A stretch of DNA of 64,000 nt, taken from positions 174,654,001 to 174,718,000 of the forward strand of contig OX597815.1 in assembly GCA_951406725.2 (NCBI GenBank), given 5' to 3'. The notes below the pieces were generated by a model. That model was not told the origin of the DNA and searched no databases. It saw nothing but the letters and a program-made list of their open reading frames with translations. Below are positions 53,636-64,000 of the stretch, piece by piece. The first letter of the stretch is position 1. The number at the start of each line of letters is the position of its first letter. A program made the translations under genes and the position numbers. The stretch is from Octopus vulgaris. Taxonomy: Eukaryota.

Positions 53636-54893
53636 CTCACACACACACAAACATAACAGAAGTAAATAGACATCTTTATAATCATTAAAATTTATTTAAA
53701 TCTGAAATTATACATTCATATTATTTATTAATTGTTATAATGGGAATATTTCATTTTTAGTAGACATGCTCTTTGCATTTTTCAGTGCAAGGACCTTAAT
53801 AAGCATGTTACTGATCAGATGAGTATTCTTTTGCAAAATTTCTTGCCAAGTTTCATGTAGTAATCTCAAAAGATCTGGCTTTGAAGATACTTTCTTGTTC
53901 TTTTTATGAAGTGTCCTGTCCATTATGTCCCAGAGGTGTTCAATAGAATTCATATCTGGTGTTTGGCTTGGCCATGGAAGCTTTTTAATGCCATTCTCAT
54001 CCAACAAGTCTTGGGTCATTTTAGCCATGTGATAAGGAGCTCCATCGTCTATAAAGAGTCTTCTTTAATCATTTCAACACTGGAGAAGATTAGAAAGAGT
54101 TCTTTCTGCAATATGGACACATATTTATCTGAGTTTATGTTTCCCTCATACTCCACAAGCTCTGATCAACCATTGCTCCAAATTGCCTCCCAGACCATCA
54201 CAGAATAGCTGCCTTGTTTCGTTGTGGACTGCAATCTTTTTACATCAAATTCTTTATCACAGAGTCTCCAGACCCACACTCAACCACTGTCAGGAAATAC
54301 AGCAAACCTGGACTCATCAAAGAATGTGACAGTGTCCCAAAATGCTAGTGGCCTCTCCACCATCTCATTAGCCCGGTCTTATCTCCACTTGATGTTGGCT
54401 GACCAAAGAAGTGGCTTCCATCTTGCTGCTCTGCTATAGTAACCAAGTTTGTGGAGATACCTGACAGCTGTTCTGGAACTGATATCAACTTGTTCTGCTA
54501 TGTCAGAGGCCTTGCAGTGAGGATTATCCTCCATACTTCTCTTAACAAAGGGAAGGGTCCTGTCAGAAGGCCCTAGTTGATCTGGGTGAGGTGATGTGGA
54601 CTCCTCCCCATCTCTGATGAATTGCACAATCACTCAATTAACTGTAGAAAGCGGGATCCCAATGTTTTCTGTGATTTTACACTGACTATGTCTACCTTCA
54701 GAATAACCCACAATACAGCCTCTTTGAAATTCAAACAGTTCCAAGGCTCCTTTTGTACATGGCATGATTAAGCAGTCACATATAGAACCTGAAACATAAA
54801 AATGTTAATTACTAACTTTGCAAGTTAGAATAAACATAGAACAATGTTTTATGGAGTGATTATTTACTTCCGTTATGTATATGTGTGTGTATG
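53636..54893 (-). mobile_element. Decayed Tc1-like transposon (MAN1B1 intron 4)
   Basis: Minus-strand fragments AARWKPLL, TFFDESRF and LPWPSQTPDMNSIEHLWD. Inverted ends share ACATAAC(A/G)GAAGTAAATA and are flanked by TA. Confidence 0.85.
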
Positions 54894-56790
54894 TATACTC
54901 ACACACACATGCATACACACACATATGCACATACATATATAGATATACACACACACACATATATATGTGTGTGTGTTTACCCCCTACCACTGCTTGACAA
55001 CTGGTGTTGGTTTGTTTACATCCCTATAACTAAGCAGTTCAGCAAAAGATAATGATAGAATAAGTGCCAGGCTTCTTTTTTTTTCTTTAAAGAAAAATAA
55101 GTGCTGGGGTTGATTTGTTTGACTTAATCCTTCAACACAGTGCTGTAGCATAGCCACAGTCCAATGACTGAAACGAATAAAAGATGATTTGTTTTCTGAC
55201 AAGTGTTTGGTATTATAGCAGGGGAGAAAACAGTGGTGCTCTTCATCTGATTTCTGATGTCATCCATATTGTCTCAAAGTTTAGATTATTTAAAAAGCCA
55301 AAAATTAAAATCCCATTTTCATGTAGTTCCGATGAATGCCATCTTTTATTGCTTTCCATTAAACTGTATTTTGCTATGTGGAGCCTTGCCTGGAAATTTA
55401 AGTTTCATTGCTTTTATTGATCTGAGTCTGCCATCTTTGCTGTCAAAGCAAAGACACAAGAGTTGCTGCTCCTTTGCATCCAAATATTCTCTGGTCATCT
55501 TCCTAAGCCTGCCATTTTTCTTCTTATTGAGTCCATTCAGCTAAATTTTGTTCAACCTAAAACATTTCTCTGCATCTTCATTGTACGTTGCTTGGTTAGC
55601 AGAATTGCATGGTTCTTACATTAGGGTGTATCTCAACCAATGCTCATTAGTTTGTGGTTCTGTACCAGTTACATACGGTGTCATTATAGGAGCTCTATCT
55701 CCAGTTGTTGATATATTTTAGCTGTTCAAACTTCAGTTCTCAGTTAAAGTATTACCATTTTGCCTAGCTTGTATTGGAACCAAGGAGTAGCTATTTATTT
55801 GCTGTTATCTTTATATAATACCAAAGGTCACAATCCATGTTTCTGTTTGTTCCACGATTTCATGAAAACAGTCCATTGTGATGATAAAAGTTTTGACTAA
55901 TATTCTCTTAAACACATGTCCCTTTGTTTTTAATTGCTTTCAATACATTTTTGAATTCTGGAACCCTCAAAACAGAAGAATTTTGTTCCTTATTATAGCA
56001 ATATGCATTCAAAACATACATAAATACTTACATGGCACATAGACATGACATACATATCAAATGCACACACACTACTAATTGTAACACACGAATAAAATAT
56101 ACAACCCAGACACATACACAAAAGACTGAGATACATATTTTCACATGATATAGTATTTTGTGAAGAAACACTATTTTACTGTGCATTTGAAATCAAAGTA
56201 ACATTTAAAAACAAAATGAAAATCTATTATTTTGGTTTTAGAGAGTCTCTCAATTTGCTTTGTATGTGTGTATATTTTATGTATACATGTGGGCTGGATA
56301 TTGAAATGCTAAAAAAAAAACTGTATATCTGTGTACATATGCATGGCTGGAATGATCAGAAATGTACCTACGGAATGTCAGTTAAAGTGGTTACTTGAAT
56401 GCTAGAAATAGCAATCAAATTTTCCTACAATTATATCTTGCCATTTTCCTGTGGGAATGTTTTTGATTTTGAACTGAATAATATGTGGGATATTCGATTT
56501 GTATATTTATAAAAATAACAAATTTATTCCAGATTTGTTTTATTTTGGCAATTCAATGTGCATTAAAAGCAATGAACTTTCATTGTGTGTGTTATCTATA
56601 TTCAACAATTTTTGGATATTCTCATCCTACTTGGTGAAAATTGTCTCTTTCTCCTCTTCACTATTTGTCTTTTTTTCTCTCTTCTATCTATCTATCTATC
56701 TATCTCCTTCCCTACTTTTCTTATGCATGCTTTCATTATCTATCTATTGTCTACCAATAAAATGAGAGGGTAATACAAAAGAAAAAACAA

Positions 56791-57340
56791 CATCATCATC
56801 ATCATTGTTTAACGTCCGTTCTCCATGCTAGCATGGGTTGGACGGTTCGACCGGGGATCTGGGAAGCCAGAAGGCTGCACCAGGCTCTGGTCTTATCTGG
56901 CAATGTTTCTACAGCTGGATGCCCTTCCTAACGCCAACCACTCCGTGAGTGTAGTGGGTGCTTTTTATGTGCCACCTACACTGGAGCCAGGCGAGGCTGG
57001 CATCGGCCACAGTCGGATTGGTGCATTTTACGTGCCACCTGCACGGAAGCCAGTCGAGGCAGCACTGGCTTCGGCCACGATTCGGATGGTGCTTTTTATG
57101 TGCCACCGACACGGAAGCCAGTCGAGGCGGCGCTGGCATCGGCCACGATTCGGATAGTGCTTTTTATGTATCTCCAGTCCAGGGGTCCTGGCATCTGCCA
57201 GGTGCCAGTCATAGGATTGGTTCAATTTCACTTGCCCCAACAGGTCTTCGCAAGCAAAGGGGGGTAGGCATAGGTGCCTGTCGTCAGATGAGGTTCGATA
57301 TCGACTTCGCTTGCCTCAACAGGTCTTTGTGTGTCCAAGG
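56791..57340 (-). mobile_element. Family B repeat, longest young copy
   Basis: Core, tail and three internal tandem units. Confidence 0.88.
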
Positions 57341-57928
57341 GACTTTGTGTGAAAATATCAAAATGAAGGAAGCTGCTAACATTAGGTAAAAAAAATTGCT
57401 AACTCTGAATTTAAAGAGATCAAAGTCATATTCTGTAAGAAATCAATAATGGAAAGATTTTTGTCTATGACTTATCCAGGAAGCACACATGTGATTTACT
57501 AAATTTGGCTGATCAAATTCTGATAGGCTGGTGAAATCAATATGCTGAACTCTTATGAACACCTTCCATGGAATGATTTTAATTATTCATGGAGCTCTTA
57601 TTTTATAGTCATCATCATCATCATGCATCCATTTTCCATGCTGGCATGGGTGGATTGATTTGACAAGAGCTGGCCAACCTGATAGCTACTCAGGCACCAA
57701 TTGTCCATTTCGGCATGGTTTCTATGGCTGGATGCCCTTCCTAATGCCAACCACTTTACTTAGTGTACTGGGTGTTTTTTTTACATGCCACCAGCACAGG
57801 TGCTTTTATATGGTACCAACAAGGGTGATTTTATGTGGCACTGATATGTATTTAATAGTAGTTGTTTATTTTATTCAGACAAAACGTTTTATTGCACTCT
57901 CATTATCTGTTTAATCTATGATTTCCAG

Positions 57929-58120
57929 TTCCTAAATCTAAGTCCAAGAGGCAGATATCTGTGATCAATGCCTTCAGTCATGCTTGGAAAGCTTATCAAG
58001 AATTTGCTTGGGGGCACGACGAATTGAGGCCAGTTGCAAAAACATATCATGATTGGTTTGGAGTTGGACTAACTATGGTTGATGCATTAGACACAATGTT
58101 TATTATGGGTCTTAATGAAG
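57929..58120 (+). CDS. MAN1B1: MAN1B1 exon 5 (start of GH47 domain)
   Basis: Acceptor atttccag|, donor G|[35 protein letters not shown]...[16 protein letters not shown] contains the GH47 signatures HAWxxY, WGHDELxP and VDALDT. Confidence 0.96.
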
Positions 58121-58441
58121 GTAAGCTATTGAGACTTTATTTCTATTTATCTATAGTATAATTGCATTTGTAATAGAATTGTATTTTAAAATATAACATA
58201 TAACACTTTGATACAGTATATATTATATTGTAATAAATACTATCATATATTGCACACTATGATTTATTTATGTGTGTGTGTGTGTTCTGTGTTTACATTA
58301 TGTAATACAGTTTTCTTGCAGAACCATTGTAGATTTGCATCCAAATACACTATGAATATGCACTGGGGAAAATGCAAATAACCACAGTGGTGAAATGTGC
58401 ATAGGGAACAAATGTAATGTATATATGTGTGTACGTGTATG

Positions 58442-58482
<41 letters not shown>

Positions 58483-58519
58483 GTATGTATCTATATATAT
58501 ATATATATGTATGTATATA

Positions 58520-58585
<66 letters not shown>

Positions 58586-59227
58586 CAACATTACACAAAG
58601 TCAAGACAAGGAAACACAAACATATACATACTGACACACACACACACACACACACACACAGATGTTTATGTGTGTTTGTATCCAATGAGGGTTTTTCAAT
58701 TTCCATCCACCAAATCCACTCGAGGCTTTGGTTGGTCTGGGTCTATAGTAGAAGACATTTGTCCAAGGTGTCCTACAGTGGGATTGAGCCTGAAATCATA
58801 TGGTTCAGAAGCAAACTTCTTGACTACACAGCCACACATCTGGCTGTAAGACAATGTTTCAGTAATATGTATAGTTTTATTTATATCAGCATGGAAAAAT
58901 GGGTGTAAAATAAACTAACTCATTATGTTATACCTTTATAAATAACAAAGCAACATTGATACTCTACAGTTGAAAATGAAGTTGAAAGTCTGGACCTCTT
59001 ATTTTCAAATTGTTTGTGATATCCATAAACTTCTCGGATAAGTTGGTAATATGACATTGAAAATAAAAGTATCAACTTTTTTATTTTAGTGAAATATTTT
59101 TTAACAATACTAAATGCGATGTAGAAAAGAAATCATTAATTAGCAATGTTTTCTGTTACCTTTTGATTAATATAGCATTGTTATTAACAAAAATAGTATT
59201 TTCTTTTTCTTATACCATTTCTTATAG

Positions 59228-59376
59228 AATTTAAGGAAGCTCGCAGCTGGGTAGAAAAACACATGAAGTTAGATATAAACCAAGATGTGAATCTATTTGA
59301 AATAACTATCCGAATTCTTGGAGGCTTACTAAGTGCCTATCATCTGTCTGGAGATGAAGTGTTCAAGCAAAAAGCT
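59228..59376 (+). CDS. MAN1B1: MAN1B1 exon 6 (GH47, catalytic Glu motif)
   Basis: Acceptor tttcttatag|, donor GCT|GTAAGA, 149 nt. EFKEARSWV...[31 protein letters not shown] contains the FExTIRxLGGLLS motif. Confidence 0.96.
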
Positions 59377-59978
59377 GTAAGAGTCTAAACTTTAATTCAC
59401 ATTTTTAACTCTGTATTAAAAATATGTTTTCTATTATTAATTCATAAAAGAGCAGCTATATGGCTAAAGTCGTAAAATGTAGGAGTAAATGCCTTGCAAT
59501 TTTGTCTCTTCTCTCTGCATTCTGAATTCAAATCCCATAGAGTTTGGTTTTAAATTTCATCTACCTGGAGTTTAGTAAAAAGTAGCAGTAATGTACTAGA
59601 ATCAGTTCAACTGACTATAATCCCTCAGTTACAAAGTCATTATCATTTCCTAATGTGAGAAATAATTATATATTTGTAACTATTATTAATAATTTACTTT
59701 AAATTGTAATGCCTTCATCAGAAACTGTTAAATGTTTTAGATTTACTTGTGTATAGTCATTTCCTCCTTATTTCAAAACCTTCAGCTGCCACATTTGTTT
59801 TAAAATAATCACTCCATTCTTTGGGAAAGAAGAATACAAAACAAAAAACCTGAATTGGATTAAATGTAACAAAGATGGTATTTAAGTACTGCTACATATT
59901 AACATCACCATTATTTTTCATAACTCTCACAGTCTTCATTGTAGCTGTAAACCTTCATTTACTCATTTAATTTTCCAG

Positions 59979-60167
59979 AAAGAACTTGGAGATCGATTAA
60001 TGCCTTGTTTTGATTCCCCATCTAAGATCCCATACTCAGATGTTAATCTAAAGACCAAAAAAGCTCATCCTCCTCGGTGGGGTCCAGACAGCACTACCTC
60101 TGAAGTAACTACAATACAACTTGAATTTAGAGATCTAAGTCGAATTCTCAATGATCCCAAATATGAG
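59979..60167 (+). CDS. MAN1B1: MAN1B1 exon 7 (GH47); gene continues past the window
   Basis: Acceptor ttttccag|, donor GAG|GTTTGT, 189 nt. [24 protein letters not shown]...[27 protein letters not shown]; the IPYSDVN, HPPRW and IQLEFR motifs are typical of the ERManI subfamily. Confidence 0.96.
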
Positions 60168-60580
60168 GTTTGTGTAGTTTTTTTTTTTTATTTATGTAAA
60201 GAAAATAATAAACATGTTAATTTGTTTACTAGACAAGACTGCACTTGTATGGACATGAAATAATCCTCATCAGTTTTACATCTGCATTTTTCATACTGGT
60301 ATGGACTGGATTAAGCTTAAGGCAATAATCTTTCACCAAATGCCCTTCCTGTCACCAACTTATAGTTGTTGCCAAGTAAAATACCTATTTCTCAAGGTTT
60401 TCACATAAACAGCTTCGTGGTGAGGCACATTCTTTACAGCAAGCATATACAATGACAAGACACAACTACACATATGCACTCCCATGCATACATATATGCA
60501 TATATGTATGTATGTATGTATATAAATAACACACACACACACATATATATGTATATAATATACATATATATATAATATAC

Positions 60581-60647
<67 letters not shown>

Positions 60648-60684
60648 TATATATTTAATGTACATATGTATCTATATCTATATA

Positions 60685-62190
60685 TCTTATATATTAAAAG
60701 GTAAGTTGTCTGTGTGTGTGTTGTGTGTGAACCACTTCTACAATTTTCAACTAAATTTCACCAAATTTGACATGTGTGCTCTCTTTGACTTAGGACACTT
60801 TTTCTTATAATTTTTTCCTCAAAATTCTGTGCCCCCAACATAAATAGAGTACTCTCAATTCGCCTAGAATTTGGCTTGAGGCAGAGAAGAAAACGTGACA
60901 CACACCCAGCTGGAAAAAAATACATACTTTACTTTGTCAGCTGGAAAAAATCAATACTTTGTCAGCTGTGGTGAGCTCTTATCGACTGCTTGCACAGTAC
61001 TGTTAGCAGTATTCATTTGCGAGTTATGATTTGCCTCTGTTTTCACAAGAGCGTTATTTTTCATACAATTATTCCAACTTAAACTAGCCACTTCAGACTC
61101 TTACCCAAAATTAAAAATCCTTAATTTGATCTGTTTAATTAACATTTTTGCCAACTACATTTTACTATTTTTTGGGTGCTACACATTCACCGCTTTTTCC
61201 TTAGAACATTTTCTATTGCATAAACTGATAATTTTCCACCATGCCTCGACACAAAAGATCCAATATAGGTAAGCAAGCAAATACTGCAAAGAAGAGTAAA
61301 CGTATGCATGCAAATGAATCTGCCGGGGATGCTGTCAGGAGGAACTCTCCCAATGCACTTAGGATGGCTTCAGTGCAAAGAAGGGAAAGTGAAGAGCAGC
61401 ATTGTGATCGGTTAGCACGAATTCCTGCACAACAAGCCACCCAGAGCAAGGAGCAACATTCAGCACGCCAAACAAGATATGCTTCCTCTACTGCTGCTGC
61501 ACGAGCTGCAGAGACTGCAGCATAGCACGCAGTTCAACTTACAAGAGATGCTTCCTCAACTGGTGTTGCATGAGCTGCAGAGATTTCAGCACAACATGCA
61601 GATCGACTTACAAGAGATGCTGCTGTGTGCGCTATGGAGACTACAGGGGAAAGACAATAACGGATGTTGCTCTATGCGGCAAACAGGAAAACAACAAGTA
61701 ACCATACCCTTGTCACCTTATTTATTTCATAAGCGCAATCTTCACAGTATGCTCTCCGTTAAGTGCCCCCAATTGTGAGGTCGGCAACAGATACTACACT
61801 TTACATCTTTTTTGCACAGGCCACACATCAAATTTTTTGTTCAGATAATGTATGTGCTACCCAGCAAAACAGCAGGTAAACATACTATTTCACTTTATAT
61901 CATACCTTTAGGCTCAACTTTTCCATCTGCTGACAACACATGTCAGCAGTTGTGTGGTAAGGAAAATAAACTCAATTTCTGCCGGTTTTTTACAGATCAA
62001 CCAACTGTCCCGATGGAAGACAATGACAATGCCGTGGGCGTATAACTCTGCATGTTCACTTTTGCACTAAATAAATCAAACAACTGCCATTATGATTTCT
62101 TTCATTCAGTTCAGAAGTGTATCCATGAAGGGTCTAATAACCAAACAGGCATACTTAACAAACAGCCCCAGGCAATGCTGGGCACACCTG

Positions 62191-62194
<4 letters not shown>
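60685..62194 (+). mobile_element. Internally deleted Helitron with remnant of the RepHel N-terminus (MAN1B1 intron 7)
   Basis: 5' TCTTATATATTAAAAG, 3' hairpin CCCAGGCAATGCTGGG. ORF 61241-61525 (MPRHKRSNIGK...RESEEQHCDRLAR...RAAETAA) resembles the charged repeat N-terminus of Helitron RepHel proteins, with in-frame stops downstream. Confidence 0.68.
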
Positions 62195-62230
<36 letters not shown>

Positions 62231-62232
<2 letters not shown>

Positions 62233-62630
62233 CGCAGGTGTGGCTGTGTGGTAAGTAGCTTGTTTACCAACCACATGGTTCCAGGTTCAGTCCCACTGCG
62301 TGGCACCTTGGGCAAGTGTCTTCTACTATAGCCTCGGACCGACCAAAGCCTTGTGAGTGGATTTGGTAGATGGAAACTGAAAGAAGCCCGTCGTATATAT
62401 GTATATGTATGTGTGCATGTGTGTGTTTGTGTATCTGTGTTTGTCCCCCTAGCACTGCTTGACAACTGATGCTGGTGTGTTTATGTCCCTGTTACTTAGC
62501 GGTTCGGCAAAAGAGACCAATAGAATAAGTACTGGGCTTACAAAAGAATAAGTCCTGGGGTCGAGTTGTTCGATTAAAGGCGGTGCTCCAGCATGGCCGC
62601 AGTCAAATGACTGAAACAAGTAAAAGAGTA
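62231..62630 (+). mobile_element. tRNA-derived SINE family A, full length
   Basis: A-box TGGCTGTGTGG, B-box GGTTCAGTCCC, central (TA/TG)n, tail GACTGAAACAAGTAAAAGAG. Other copies at 1770-1927(-), 18274-18701(-), 21896-22772 (nested), 24870-25075(-), 25250-25633(-), 35808-36509(+), 52797-55183(+, split) and 58690-58836(-). Confidence 0.88.
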
Positions 62631-64000
62631 TATATATAAAATATACATGTGTATATTATAATATACATATGTATGTATATATATATATATATAATGTACA
62701 TATGTATCTGTATATATATATATAATATACATATCTGTGTGTGTGTGTGTGTGTGTATATATATAATATGATATGATATAATATACATCTATATATATAA
62801 TATACATATGTGTGTCTATACAAGGTGGAAAAAATAGTCCTCAAATACCAGAGGTAGAGTAATATGCTTTATTAAAAAGCAGCAAAAATATCACAAAAAC
62901 TGTTACTCAGAGTTTCCAGTTTCCTTTCTCTTTAAGGAAAGTATGCTTTGTAAGTAGAACAATTGTTTGACAGCGTAGACATTAAAATTTGGCTTCTGTT
63001 TGTGAATATATCTACCTATCTTTTTGTTAATTTATGAACCTAATTTTTATTTGTCTAAATAAATTAATGTATTTGTGTCTACTTATATAAACACTGGAAA
63101 CAATATTTAGATATACACCCTCATATAGATATTACACATACACACATACACCAACACACTCATGAATGTACATAGAAAGACATAGGTTTTAATTACTAGT
63201 CTTTATGAATTTCTGCAAACAAAACCAAGCAATAATGAGCATGTGTCATTTGCTGATAGATATTCATGAAACAGTGAAGAATGATCTCAAGATATTGCAT
63301 CTCACAAACGAGGTGACAAAGAACTCTGATGGTTGGTGACATTCAATGCTGGAGCAGACCTGTCCACCTGTGCAAGTATGGCAAAAACGTATGTTAAAAT
63401 GAGGTCATGATGGAGGCTGGGATAAATAATATATTTATCTATATCAAGGCCTTTCTTCCATTTTGTACCAGCTAAGTCTCCATCTGCTGTCCTCCTCCCT
63501 TGTCTATGCAATAGCCCCCACCTCGTCTTTCTGTCACCTCTTTCCCCCCTCCTATTCATCCACCACCTTCTCATACCACCAATAATCTCTACAACTATTC
63601 AATACTTAGCCCTCGCTTTCTCTTTTCAGCAAACGTGTAGTTGATAATATGTGTCTCTCCCTCATCATGATGTCTAAATGATGGACCTACTGGTATCCAA
63701 TGCACCTCCTCCTTTTTCCTCCCTTTCCACCTGACTACCAACATCCAGCATGCTTTCTTAGAACTGCCTCTTTCTATGGTCATCCCTCATTCAGTCCCTG
63801 TCTTTTTCCTGCTAATATAAAGACCCCCTTCAGTCATGAATGACCATGGGATTGCACCTAGAAGGTTCCCTTCTGAGGCACAAGTCCAGGTAAGGTTGTT
63901 TATGGAAGACCAGCAGTCACCCATGCATACCAGCCTCCCCTCTTCATGCTACTGATGTTATCCAAGGGAAAGGCAAAGGCCAATACAGCTTGGTACCAGT

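Noticed and set aside
56825-57157. Apparent multicopy protein family MLAWVGRFDRGSGKPEGCTR... (also at 6371, 3944, 23831)
   Set aside because: These are antisense translations of the family-B repeat. The frames break differently between copies.
56960-57170. CRISPR-like spaced repeats GGTGCTTTTTA(C/T)GTGCCACC
   Set aside because: The spacers are homologous to each other, the context is a eukaryotic retroposon, and there are no cas genes.
62231-62310. tRNA gene candidates at SINE heads (A and B boxes)
   Set aside because: I could not build a complete cloverleaf, and each head continues into a SINE body and tail.
63230-63380. Possible MAN1B1 exon 8
   Set aside because: It translates as an RTE C-terminal remnant (ETVKNDLKILHLTNEVTKNSDGW*), not GH47. 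Exon 8 must lie beyond the window.

Overview
AT-rich, repeat-dense animal genomic DNA. The SINE families, (TA/CA)n and (GAT)n microsatellite load and gene style are most consistent with an octopus or other cephalopod; this is inference, not proven. One protein-coding gene is well supported: ER alpha-1,2-mannosidase I (MAN1B1/ERManI, glycoside hydrolase family 47) on the + strand. Seven GT-AG exons (29817-29915, 44567-44809, 50723-50797, 50921-50993, 57929-58120, 59228-59376, 59979-60167) join in frame into about 340 aa, and the gene continues beyond the window. The rest is mostly transposon-derived. DNA elements include a full-length dead hAT with a perfect 8-bp TSD, a Tigger/pogo, Tc1/mariner fossils, TTAA MITEs and several Helitrons. 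Retroelements include LTR remnants, CR1/Jockey and RTE LINE fragments, four tRNA-headed SINE families (A, C, D, E) and an abundant RTE-3'-end repeat (B). Nearly all other ORFs in the supplied track are repeat or microsatellite artefacts. I found no convincing novel multi-gene system. The best leads are decayed hammerhead-ribozyme-like motifs, inverted SINE pairs bracketing MAN1B1 exons, a SINE whose central microsatellite acts as a nesting hub, and a possible spliced divergent antisense transcript from the MAN1B1 promoter.
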